The position numbers and the translations under genes are program-made. From Candidatus Kryptoniota bacterium (GTDB lineage: Bacteria > Bacteroidota > Ignavibacteria > Kryptoniales > JAKASW01), in contig JBMFVE010000002.1 of assembly GCA_049966155.1 (NCBI GenBank), forward strand, positions 274,569-338,568: 64,000 nucleotides of DNA. The letters run 5' to 3'. Shown piece by piece: positions 1 through 9,183 of this stretch; the first letter of the stretch is position 1; each line of letters starts with the position of its first letter. The notes beneath the pieces were generated by a model that saw only the letters and a program-made list of their open reading frames with translations, did not search any database and was not told where the DNA came from.

Positions 1-1
1 G

Positions 2-943
2 GGAGTCGTCAAATTTGGACTGAAGCAAAATCGAAATCATCTCATCGTTTCTTCAATAGAACATCATGCTGTGCTTCACACAGCAAGATGGTTGAATGAA
101 AACGGGCTTCATGTGACCTATATTGAACCCGACTCGATGGGAATTATTGCTCCTGAAAGACTTATTGATGCAATTACGGAGAAAACTTTTCTTGTGAGCA
201 TCATACATACCAACAATGAAACTGGTGTCATCCAGGACATTAAATTGCTTGCTAAAATTGCTCACGAATATGGCGCACTTTTTCACACGGATGCTGTTCA
301 ATCTCTTGGAAAAATTCCCTTAAATCTTGCAGAACTTGATGTGGATATGGCAACTATCACCGCACATAAAATTTATGGGCCAAAAGGAGTGGGGGGGTTA
401 TTTATCCGTTCCAGCCTGGAATGGGAACCATTTCTTCATGGTGGGTCACAGGAGAGAAACCGTCGCCCAGGTACAGAAAGTGTTTCCCTTATTTCTGGAT
501 TTGCAACCGCGGTGGAAATAGCTGTAAACGAACTAAATCAAGAACAACAGCGGCTCAAAAAACTAAACGCCATGGCTCGAAAGTTTCTCGAGGAAAATGT
601 CCCGGGAATTTTGTTCAATTCAAATCAGGAGAAATCAATACCGAACATTCTCAATGTATCCATTGATAACAGCAAAATTGCAATCGACGGTGAAGCACTC
701 ATCCTGAATATGGACATTGAGGGAATTGCGGTTTCCAGCGGGTCAGCTTGCAGTTCGGGCAGTATGCAGCCGTCACATGTAATCAAAGCATTGGGCCGCG
801 ACGATCCTACCACAATGGCTACTGTGCGATTTTCCTTTGGAAGGTACACCTCAGAGGAAGAGGTTACTTATGCAATGAAGAAGTTTGCCGAAATTGTGAA
901 AAAAATTGGAAAGCCTGTAAAAGTTAGCGTACCCGTCTCATAG
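2..943 (+). CDS. Cysteine desulfurase, class V aminotransferase (NifS/IscS family); 5' end lies outside the window
   Basis: The frame is open from nt 2, so the ORF-track GTG at 71 is internal. Motifs: SSIEHHAV, ITAHKIYGPKGVGGL (PLP-lysine HK), SSGSACSS (active-site Cys loop), RFSFGRYT. Confidence 0.9.
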   Translation, partial: GVVKFGLKQNRNHLIVSSIEHHAVLHTARWLNENGLHVTYIEPDSMGIIAPERLIDAITEKTFLVSIIHTNNETGVIQDIKLLAKIAHEYGALFHTDAVQSLGKIPLNLAELDVDMATITAHKIYGPKGVGGLFIRSSLEWEPFLHGGSQERNRRPGTESVSLISGFATAVEIAVNELNQEQQRLKKLNAMARKFLEENVPGILFNSNQEKSIPNILNVSIDNSKIAIDGEALILNMDIEGIAVSSGSACSSGSMQPSHVIKALGRDDPTTMATVRFSFGRYTSEEEVTYAMKKFAEIVKKIGKPVKVSVPVS

Positions 944-2240
944 CTGCGGCAAAAAATCCATCCATGGCATGCCTGTGAGGATATATTTCAAGAAAATCAT
1001 CATGAATTAATTCATCGATTCTTTCAATTTTAAGAAATTCCTTGATACTGACCGGTTCAAAGCTCCTGTTTGATGCCAAAAATTTTGACACCACATCCGC
1101 ATTTTCTTTATCAAAGATGCTGCATGTTGCATAAAAAAGGGTGCCGCCTCTTTTCACAAGCTCCGAGTAATGTTTTAAGATCTCAAACTGTCGAATAGAA
1201 GCTTGTTCAACGTCTTTGACGGATATCTTGAATTTTTTATCAGGATTACGCCTTATTGTTCCGCTTCCTGTACATGGAGCATCAACCAGTACTTTGTCGG
1301 CATTATTGATAAGATGTTCGATCCCTGCATAACTGTCAGGTTTTACCAGAATAGTATTGATATTGGTAAACTTTCCCCGTTTGATCCTCTTTTGCATATT
1401 TTCAAGTCGGTTTGTATCTATATCGAGTGAATATATTTCACCCTTACCATTTGAAAATGCCGCTGCTTCTAAACTCTTTCCTCCCCCTCCCGCGCAGGCG
1501 TCAACAACTATTTCACCATCCAATGGAAAGAGCAGCATGCCCACAATTTGACTCGCTTCATCCTGAACCTCAATACCCCCGTTTTTGAACAATTCTAAAT
1601 TTGACAAATTGGTTCTTTTGCGAATAATTATGCCAATTGGTGAGTAAGGGGCCGGTTCAGATTCAATCCCAGCTGCCTTAAGAAATTCAATGACTTTTAA
1701 TACACTTTCTGAGGGGTTATTTATTCTCAGAACCATAGGTGCCTGCGTGTTCAATGAGAACATCAGGTTTTCAGCCTCATTCTGAATATGCTCAGGAAGA
1801 AGAAATTGAAAACCTTCCATAAAAGAATAAATCAGATTTTGATATTTTTTTGGCTCAGCTAAAATCTGAACCATCGCATCATTGATGCATTTTTCGACAG
1901 CGGGTAAGTCAATTTTAGAGGTTGTTGTCCTGTAAGCCGAGATAAGATCGTCGTAATCATGCTCAATCTCAGTAAAGTTGAAACCAGAAACCGCTATCTC
2001 GTGTGAAAGGAAAAGAGCTAACGACCTGTTAAAATCAGTGCACTTTTGCGAAAGATGCATTAATAAAATCATATTCCTGATAATGCTGAAGACCTTTTCA
2101 CTTATCCACCTTCTGTCGTGAGAGCCGAGATATCTGTGCAACTTATAATAGTCTGCAATTACTTTGTCAGCAGGAAGTTTTGACTTCAATATCAGACTTA
2201 TTAGTTCTACAGCGTGTCCAGCAAGAGATGAAGTTTTCAT
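924..2240 (-). CDS. rsmB: rRNA cytosine-C5 methyltransferase, NOL1/NOP2/Sun (RsmB-like) family
   Basis: 438 aa with ATG start. SAM motif VVDACAGGGGKS. Catalytic Cys motifs VDAPCTGSGTIRRNPD and FYATCSI. The N-terminal half is helical and NusB-like. Confidence 0.75.
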   Translation of the reverse strand: MKTSSLAGHAVELISLILKSKLPADKVIADYYKLHRYLGSHDRRWISEKVFSIIRNMILLMHLSQKCTDFNRSLALFLSHEIAVSGFNFTEIEHDYDDLISAYRTTTSKIDLPAVEKCINDAMVQILAEPKKYQNLIYSFMEGFQFLLPEHIQNEAENLMFSLNTQAPMVLRINNPSESVLKVIEFLKAAGIESEPAPYSPIGIIIRKRTNLSNLELFKNGGIEVQDEASQIVGMLLFPLDGEIVVDACAGGGGKSLEAAAFSNGKGEIYSLDIDTNRLENMQKRIKRGKFTNINTILVKPDSYAGIEHLINNADKVLVDAPCTGSGTIRRNPDKKFKISVKDVEQASIRQFEILKHYSELVKRGGTLFYATCSIFDKENADVVSKFLASNRSFEPVSIKEFLKIERIDELIHDDFLEIYPHRHAMDGFFAAAMRRVR

Positions 2241-3163
2241 GAGTTGATAATTTTCAAAGCATTTTTAAACAAAAATCCGTAGCGAATTCCCCTATCGGTA
2301 ACTCTAACCCAATTCATATGCCCCTTTGCCATTATTTTTTTTAAAATCAATACTCCCGCCAATAACACATCAGCACGTCCCTCAGCAGCTCTGGTTATTG
2401 AAAGTATTTCCTCCGGGGTTGAATGCTTGAGCCTCTCAAAAAGTTTGCTGATGAGAGAATATGAAAGAATGTAGTTTTCCACCGCATTTACATCAAATTC
2501 CCAAATTCCCTGTGCAATCAACGCAAGGGTAGTTGCTGTACCTGATGTGGCGTATACCTGCTCCGGCCTGAATTTCTGAAATGGATACTGACCGAGCAGT
2601 TTCTCTATATATATTTCTGCTCGATGAACCTCCATATCATCCGGCGGCAATTTTGAAAAAAACTCCTCCGTTAATTTTACAGCGCCGATTTGCAGACTCT
2701 TAACAAATAACAGGTCCCCATTTTCACCATAACTTAGTTCAGTGCTCCCGCCACCAATATCAATCACCAATGTGGACTTAAATTTCTCAGTTGCACCGCT
2801 TATAGCCCCATAATACCCCAGCCCGGCTTCCTCTTCTCCAGTTATTATGGCAACGTCAATCCCATATTTATCCTTTACAGCCCTGACAAATTCTCCCCCA
2901 TTCCTCGCTTCCCGAACTGCACTTGTGGCAAAAGCTAAGATCTTATCTACTCCATATTCCCTGGCTGATTTTACATAACGCGATAAAACATTCATTGTTC
3001 TTACAATTGCTTCTATGTGAAGTTCACCTGTTCGAGAAACCGACTCCCCGAGTCTCGGCAATTCATAAAAGTCTGCTATTCTTCTAATGAATGAGGCTGA
3101 GTCAACATCAGCAATGAGCATTAAGACTGTGTTTGTTCCAATATCAATTGAAGCGTATTTCAT
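2237..3163 (-). CDS. Ppx/GppA family phosphatase (exopolyphosphatase / guanosine pentaphosphate phosphohydrolase)
   Basis: ASKHA motifs ASIDIGTNTVLML and VIDIGGGSTEL. The track start at 3187 is TTG. The ATG at 3163 (MKYASIDIG) gives an ATGA overlap with the prmA stop. Confidence 0.8.
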   Translation of the reverse strand: MKYASIDIGTNTVLMLIADVDSASFIRRIADFYELPRLGESVSRTGELHIEAIVRTMNVLSRYVKSAREYGVDKILAFATSAVREARNGGEFVRAVKDKYGIDVAIITGEEEAGLGYYGAISGATEKFKSTLVIDIGGGSTELSYGENGDLLFVKSLQIGAVKLTEEFFSKLPPDDMEVHRAEIYIEKLLGQYPFQKFRPEQVYATSGTATTLALIAQGIWEFDVNAVENYILSYSLISKLFERLKHSTPEEILSITRAAEGRADVLLAGVLILKKIMAKGHMNWVRVTDRGIRYGFLFKNALKIINS

Positions 3164-4011
3164 TTTTGAAGCACAACGACCGACCAATCACCTTCATGAT
3201 GACTTTCAATAAATCTAAGTCCGGTTTCTTCGTAACAACTGACGACCGATCCCTCATCGAGTGTGAGAACCCCTGAGATAATTAACAAACCGTTTTTTGC
3301 AAGTGCCTCATTTATGCCGGCAGCAATATTAAGAAGCGTGTTTCGATTAAGATTTGCTAATACCATATCAAACACCGATGAACTGATAAACGATATTTCT
3401 CCCCTTACAATATTTACGACATCAGCAACACCGTTCTTCAGCACGTTCTCCCGGGCATTTTCGATAGACCATTCATCAGTGTCCAGGCCAACAACCTTCT
3501 TTGCACCAAGCCTGGCAGCAACTATTGCCAGCACTCCGGTTCCGGTACCGACGTCGAGAACAGTTGATCCCTTTTTAATGTATTTTTCAATCATCTGAAT
3601 CATCATACGAGTCGTCTCATGGTGACCTGTTCCAAAAGACATCTTTGGATCAATTTCTACCACAATGCCAGCATTGCCATTGTAATTCTTCCAGCTTGGT
3701 TTAATTGCGACATTGGGTGTTACTTCAACAGGTTCAATTGAAGATTCCCATTGGCCGTTCCAGTCAATATTTTTAACATCCTCAATATTCCAAGTAAAGG
3801 AGTTCACCAATCCCTCTGACTTAAGCTGATCAAGAAATTTAATGATCAGCATTTCAATCTCATCTGTCCATCTTTCTTTATTGAAGTAACATTCGACTTT
3901 CTCAAACTCTTCAACAAAGCCAGCTGCAGATGCTCCGCTCAGGAACCCTATAATCAATTCATTAACTGGCCTGTCTGTTTGAATTGTCAGTTTAATATAT
4001 TCTTCTTTCAT
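3160..4011 (-). CDS. prmA: Ribosomal protein L11 methyltransferase
   Basis: 283 aa. Motifs IDPKMSFGTGHHETTRMM and VLDVGTGTGVLAI. ATGA overlap with the upstream M28 gene stop. Confidence 0.85.
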   Translation of the reverse strand: MKEEYIKLTIQTDRPVNELIIGFLSGASAAGFVEEFEKVECYFNKERWTDEIEMLIIKFLDQLKSEGLVNSFTWNIEDVKNIDWNGQWESSIEPVEVTPNVAIKPSWKNYNGNAGIVVEIDPKMSFGTGHHETTRMMIQMIEKYIKKGSTVLDVGTGTGVLAIVAARLGAKKVVGLDTDEWSIENARENVLKNGVADVVNIVRGEISFISSSVFDMVLANLNRNTLLNIAAGINEALAKNGLLIISGVLTLDEGSVVSCYEETGLRFIESHHEGDWSVVVLQK

Positions 4012-4973
4012 TGAGACTGCGTAGCAACCTTTCTATAAATGACCTGAAGAAGTACCCTGCCAACTGCAGCCAGACTCTCGGGACTGCACTTGTCCGGCGT
4101 ATCTTCAAGAGTGTGCCAGTATCGATTCGTAGCATCGGGATATGCAAAATCGATTATATCAATTGCTTTTATCCCGACATTGTCAAGTTCCAAATGATCA
4201 TCATATACATCATCCCCTACACGATCGATGAACTGTGAAATACCAAGCTCACCAGCGGTATTCCATACAAGATTGACAATATCAGGCGCGTATTTAACTG
4301 AAAAACCCTCTTTTGGAAGGGTTAACTGTTTGTCGCCAACCATGTCGAGATTGACGGCAAATAAAGGTTGATAGCTGTATGGCTTCGTCGCAGCCCAGTA
4401 CCTCGATCCAAGAAAGTAATTGTTCAAATCGCCCTCACGGCCATAATCTTCGCCATCCCAGAGAATAATATCGACACCAACAGGCGGTGGATTACTCTTA
4501 AGGTTGCGGGCAATTTCAAGTAGTACTGCAACTCCGCTTGCACCATCATTGGCGCCCAGGATTGGCTTATCCACCGGTCCACCTTTTTCATGATCAGCAC
4601 GAGGACGGGTGTCCCAATGAGCAGACAGTAAGACCCTTCTTTGCGATTTGCTGTTAAAGTGAGCAATGACGTTCGTCAGATGTAAAATCAACCCATTGTA
4701 ACCTGTTACATCAAAGCTCTGCAACTGAACAGAATCAGCATAACGTGCTAATTCTTCCTGAAGATATGCCAGACATTGCGTGTGACCAATGCTGTTTGGA
4801 TTCCTCGGACCAAAGTTTGTCTGTGCAACCAGATACTGAAAAGCATTACTACCGCTAAATGATGGAACTGGAATATCAGGATATTTCATAGTTCGCGTCT
4901 TTGAGGTTTCGGAATGCTTTGAGCAGCTGTTAAACATTATGGCAAGGACAAATAGTAAAATAATATTTCTCAT
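4008..4973 (-). CDS. M28 family zinc peptidase / glutaminyl-cyclase-like protein, probably exported (lipoprotein-like N-terminus)
   Basis: Metal-ligand-type motifs SAHWDTRP, GANDGASGVAVLLE, ILWDGEDYG, NLDMVGD. The track GTG at 4997 is replaced by the ATG at 4973 (MRNIILLFVLAIMFNSC, hydrophobic signal plus Cys). Confidence 0.7.
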   Translation of the reverse strand: MRNIILLFVLAIMFNSCSKHSETSKTRTMKYPDIPVPSFSGSNAFQYLVAQTNFGPRNPNSIGHTQCLAYLQEELARYADSVQLQSFDVTGYNGLILHLTNVIAHFNSKSQRRVLLSAHWDTRPRADHEKGGPVDKPILGANDGASGVAVLLEIARNLKSNPPPVGVDIILWDGEDYGREGDLNNYFLGSRYWAATKPYSYQPLFAVNLDMVGDKQLTLPKEGFSVKYAPDIVNLVWNTAGELGISQFIDRVGDDVYDDHLELDNVGIKAIDIIDFAYPDATNRYWHTLEDTPDKCSPESLAAVGRVLLQVIYRKVATQSQ

Positions 4974-5380
4974 TAGTTTTTCTCTGTAGTAGAACACTTT
5001 TTCTTCGGTTCAAAAAAATGGATATAAAGGAAGTCAGTCAGCACAATTTCAATGTACCGCCCATATTCACCTTTTTGAATATCTCCAACGCTTTTCAGCC
5101 TTCTTGATAAAATCTCATGAACACCTCTTATATCACTTACACGCAGCGTTATAACCACTTTTAGTTCTGAAAAATTTGTCACTGCAAGATCGAGTCCCTT
5201 AATTTTAAATTCTGTCCACTCCGCAGAGCTACTTGACGGTTCTCCAAACAAACTAACTAACTTATTTAAAACGATTTCCCTACCGTCAGAAGAAAAATGG
5301 ATATTTTCAAGTCCTGAAACAAAATCAATTAAATTAGAGTGCGATTGCCGCCGATGCTGCGTAGACATTTGCTGCTCCAT
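4973..5380 (-). CDS. Hypothetical protein (135 aa), no confident family
   Basis: Open frame on the same strand as its neighbours. It overlaps the comF 3' end by 35-47 nt depending on the start used (ATG 5380 or 5368). No recognisable motif. Confidence 0.4.
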   Translation of the reverse strand: MEQQMSTQHRRQSHSNLIDFVSGLENIHFSSDGREIVLNKLVSLFGEPSSSSAEWTEFKIKGLDLAVTNFSELKVVITLRVSDIRGVHEILSRRLKSVGDIQKGEYGRYIEIVLTDFLYIHFFEPKKKCSTTEKN

Positions 5381-6050
5381 AACTTTTTAACACTTTAGCG
5401 CACTCCCTTATTGTAGCGCCTGTTGTAATAACATCATCAATTAACAAATATGACCTCCCAATAATTGTGCCAGTTCGGCTTCTGTGAACAGCAAAGGCAC
5501 CACGGACATTCACGGCTCTCGCTGGTAAATCAAGCCTTGTCTGCGTCTCAGTATATTTTGTCCTTATAAGGATCTTTGTATCGAGAGGCAAATTTAGCTC
5601 TTTTCCAACCACCCGTGAAATTAATTCACTTTGATTGTACCCCCGTTCACGAAAACGGGCTCTGTGAAGCGGCACAGGTATAATATAATCCACATTTGAT
5701 AATTTTTCGTCATTTATAACGGCATATGCAATAAACCTGCCGAGAGGCTCTGCTATAGAAACAGCGTGAGCATATTTTAGCATGTGAATAGCCAATCGAA
5801 TCCGAGCATCTCGCTGAAACAAAAATACAGATTCAAGTTTATCAACAGCATCATCAGCAATGAATTTTGATTCAATTAACTGGATAACGGTCTCAGTTTT
5901 TGCGACCCTTTCAAAATTGTCCCAGCAGTAAGAACATATATATTTTTCGCCTTTCTTAAGTTCCCCATCACAGGTCACACAGATGGGCGGGTACACAAAA
6001 TCAAAAAAACTTTCGGCCAACCGTATTAATTGGTTCACAAATAAACTCAT
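5334..6050 (-). CDS. ComF family protein (phosphoribosyltransferase domain)
   Basis: N-terminal Cys4 (CVTC...CSYC) and C-terminal PRPP loop [17 protein letters not shown] overlap with the uvrB stop. Confidence 0.8.
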   Translation of the reverse strand: MSLFVNQLIRLAESFFDFVYPPICVTCDGELKKGEKYICSYCWDNFERVAKTETVIQLIESKFIADDAVDKLESVFLFQRDARIRLAIHMLKYAHAVSIAEPLGRFIAYAVINDEKLSNVDYIIPVPLHRARFRERGYNQSELISRVVGKELNLPLDTKILIRTKYTETQTRLDLPARAVNVRGAFAVHRSRTGTIIGRSYLLIDDVITTGATIRECAKVLKSYGAANVYAASAAIAL

Positions 6051-8062
6051 TTTGAGTTCAATTTATGAATTTCATCACGAAGTTCTGCCGCCCTTTCAAA
6101 GTCAAGAGCCTTTGCAGCATCGTACATTTCCCTTGTTAACTGTGCTATTAATTCCTTCTTTTCCTTATCTGTGAGAAACTTTGTAACCGATTCCGCGACC
6201 TTCCCATGGGAAACTTTCCTCAGCTTTTCATCTCGTTGAGCCCTAACATCAGCAATCGCTGTCGAAGCCAGTATCTCATCGTGGCTCTTTACAATTGAAC
6301 GCGGCTTAATGTTGTGCTTTTTGTTAAATTCAATTTGCAGTCGTCTTCGACGATCGGTTTCATCTATCATCTTCCTCATGCTTTTCGTTATCGTATCTGC
6401 ATAAAGTATGACCTTGCTTGCTATGTTCCTTGCTGCCCGGCCTGCAGTCTGTATGAGTGATTTCTCTGACCTCAAAAAGCCCTCTTTGTCGGCATCGAGA
6501 ATTGCTACAAGCGACACTTCAGGCAGATCAAGTCCTTCACGAAGAAGATTTACACCAACAAGAACATCAAATTCTCCCAGACGGAGATCGCGCAGTATTT
6601 CCACTCTTTCAAGAGAATCAATATCTGAGTGAATGTACTTCACCCTTATATTTAGCCCTTGAAGATATTCGGTCAAGTCTTCCGCCATTCGCTTGGTTAA
6701 AGTCGTTACGAGTGTTCGCTCGCCTTTTATAACTCGTTCACGAATTTCGTGAAGTAAATCGTCCATTTGATTCTTAACCGGGCGGACTTCCACCTCAGGA
6801 TCAACAATACCTGTTGGACGGATAATCTGCTCAACAAACACTCCACCCGACTTTTCGAGTTCGTAGTCCCCCGGTGTTGCACTTACAAAAATTACCTGCT
6901 TAACCACAGACTCGAATTCTTCAAAACTCAGAGGACGATTGTCAAGGGCAGAAGGGAGTCGAAAGCCATATTCTACCAGTGTTAATTTTCTTGACCTGTC
7001 TCCATGTTGCATGGCTCGAAGCTGGGGGATGGTCTGATGGGACTCGTCAATAAAAGTGAGATAATCTTCTGGAAAATAGTCAAGAAGTACGTATGGCCTT
7101 TGACCTGGTGCTCTTCCTGTAAGGTGGCGGGAGTAATTTTCAATTCCGTTGCAATATCCAACTTCCCTCATCATTTCAATGTCGAACCTCGTTCTCTGCT
7201 CGAGACGCTGAGCCTCAAGCAGTTTGCCCATTGCCCTCAGTTCAGTGAGCCTTTCACCAAGTTCCTCCTGTATTGATCTAATTGCCCTTTCCAAATTTTC
7301 TTCACTTGTAACAAAATGGCGTGCAGGAAAAATGAATACATCTCCTTCAATTTCAGCTATTGCAGCACCGGTCAGAGGATCAAAATATTTTATAGATTCA
7401 ATCTCATCACCAAAAAACTCAACCCTTACGGCCTGATCTAATTCGTAAGCCGGAAAAATTTCGACCACATCTCCCCTAACACGAAATGTCCCCCTCCCAA
7501 ACTCCACATCGTTTCGGGTATAAAGCCCATTTAGCAATAATTCCTGTAATTTCCGCCGACTAATTTTTTCTCCTTTTTTAATTGCAACAACTTCGTGTTG
7601 ATAGTCTGTTGGCGATCCTATACCATATATACAGGAAACTGATGCCACGACGATTATATCCCTGCGTCCACTGAGCAATGCACTTGTAGCGCTTAAACGA
7701 AGTCTGTCGATTTCATCGTTAATAGAAGAATCTTTCTCAATATACGTATCACTTTGAGGAATGTAGGCTTCGGGTTGATAATAGTCATAGTAACTTATGA
7801 AAAACTCTACGAGATTTCGAGGGAACAGCTGCCTGAATTCCGCATAAAGTTGAGCAGCGAGAGTCTTATTATGAGAAATTACCAGTGTTGGCTTTTGTAC
7901 ATTTTGAATTATTTGTGCCATCGTGAAGGTTTTCCCGCTCCCGGTAACTCCCAGCAGAGTCTGGTATTTAACACCCTTCTTTACCCCCTCCGTAAGAGTT
8001 CTTATAGCTTCCGGCTGGTCGCCTGATGGGCTGTAATCAGAGACTAACTCAAACTCATTCAT
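6047..8062 (-). CDS. uvrB: Excinuclease ABC subunit B
   Basis: Walker [15 protein letters not shown] box (FIDESHQT), helicase motifs, C-terminal UVR domain ([11 protein letters not shown]). The first track codon at 8065 is TTG and the ATG at 8062 is used. Confidence 0.97.
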   Translation of the reverse strand: MNEFELVSDYSPSGDQPEAIRTLTEGVKKGVKYQTLLGVTGSGKTFTMAQIIQNVQKPTLVISHNKTLAAQLYAEFRQLFPRNLVEFFISYYDYYQPEAYIPQSDTYIEKDSSINDEIDRLRLSATSALLSGRRDIIVVASVSCIYGIGSPTDYQHEVVAIKKGEKISRRKLQELLLNGLYTRNDVEFGRGTFRVRGDVVEIFPAYELDQAVRVEFFGDEIESIKYFDPLTGAAIAEIEGDVFIFPARHFVTSEENLERAIRSIQEELGERLTELRAMGKLLEAQRLEQRTRFDIEMMREVGYCNGIENYSRHLTGRAPGQRPYVLLDYFPEDYLTFIDESHQTIPQLRAMQHGDRSRKLTLVEYGFRLPSALDNRPLSFEEFESVVKQVIFVSATPGDYELEKSGGVFVEQIIRPTGIVDPEVEVRPVKNQMDDLLHEIRERVIKGERTLVTTLTKRMAEDLTEYLQGLNIRVKYIHSDIDSLERVEILRDLRLGEFDVLVGVNLLREGLDLPEVSLVAILDADKEGFLRSEKSLIQTAGRAARNIASKVILYADTITKSMRKMIDETDRRRRLQIEFNKKHNIKPRSIVKSHDEILASTAIADVRAQRDEKLRKVSHGKVAESVTKFLTDKEKKELIAQLTREMYDAAKALDFERAAELRDEIHKLNSK

Positions 8063-8104
8063 CAAAACATAAAAACGTTAATTGAATTAAAATTATTCCT
8101 GAAA

Positions 8105-9007
8105 TTACTCTCCACTGATTATCGCTTTCATAACGTTCACTGCAAACTGCGGATTTTCTTTAAATCTCCTTATTGAATACGGGTACCATTCCCTACCAAA
8201 TGGCACGTAAACTCTTAAACGATGCCCATCCGATACAATCCTGTCCCTCAGTGCAGTACGAACCCCATACAGCACTTGAAACTCATAACGCTCTTTTTCG
8301 CGTCCAGATTTTTTAAGCATTGAGTAAGCATTATTTATCAAATAATCATCATGAGTGGCAATCCCCACATAGCAGTTTCCATCAAGCAGCATTTGCAGCA
8401 GCTTTAAGTAGTTTTCTCGAATTTCATCCTTCCCTTTATACGCAATAGTGGAGGGTTCTATATAGATCCCTTTGCACAGGCGAACATTGGCTTTTAATTC
8501 AACCAGCCAACGAACATCTTCCTCACTTCGCCTCAGATATGCCTGAATCACCACACCTGTGTTATCGTAGCCTTCATTTCTGAGACGTTCATAAAGCTTC
8601 AGCGTATCGCTTGTGGTACTCGAATCTTCCATGTCGATCCTGACAAAGTTACCAAGTTTTTTTGCAACTTCCAGTAAATTTCGGACGTTCTCATAACAAA
8701 AATCAAAATTTAACTTCAAACCAAATTGTGTAAGTTTAATGGAAAGATTCGAATTAAGATTGTTCTCATTTATTACATATAAAACTTCTTCACATGCCGT
8801 TCTAAAACTCAAAGCTTCTTCTTTGGAGTTAACATTCTCACCCAAAACATCTACAGTTGTCATCATTCCTTTTGCATTTAGCTCCTTAGAGACCCTTACA
8901 GAATCGGAAATATCCTCTCCGGCAATATAACGCATGGCAAATTTCTTAATGAAGCTTTTAGGAAACAATTGAAGTGCTGAAACCATGACCTGATTAAGGG
9001 GATTCAT
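8105..9007 (-). CDS. Proline dehydrogenase (monofunctional PutA-like TIM-barrel)
   Basis: 300 aa. Motifs TVDVLGE, VRLCKGIY, GIATHDD, FQVLYGV, YVPFGREWYPYSIRRFKENP. Confidence 0.8.
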   Translation of the reverse strand: MNPLNQVMVSALQLFPKSFIKKFAMRYIAGEDISDSVRVSKELNAKGMMTTVDVLGENVNSKEEALSFRTACEEVLYVINENNLNSNLSIKLTQFGLKLNFDFCYENVRNLLEVAKKLGNFVRIDMEDSSTTSDTLKLYERLRNEGYDNTGVVIQAYLRRSEEDVRWLVELKANVRLCKGIYIEPSTIAYKGKDEIRENYLKLLQMLLDGNCYVGIATHDDYLINNAYSMLKKSGREKERYEFQVLYGVRTALRDRIVSDGHRLRVYVPFGREWYPYSIRRFKENPQFAVNVMKAIISGE

Positions 9008-9183
9008 ATTTTCTCCATTTACAGTTGTGAAAGATTGATTTGCCCTGAAAAAATCTTTCAGGTAAATATCAGATGTCGTTATTTATAAAATTTATTTTTC
9101 AGTCAGGACGTAATCAATTCCATAATTACACATTTTATTGTTGCCAGACAGAAGAAGCTGTCTGTGCTTTAATAAGAATGATT

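Noticed and set aside
9044-9164. Two 7-bp hairpins (CCTGAAA..TTTCAGG and CAGACAG..CTGTCTG) between the PAS kinase and the proline dehydrogenase gene, considered as terminators.
   Set aside because: The stems are short and have no convincing downstream T-tract on the transcribed (minus) strand. Not reported as features.
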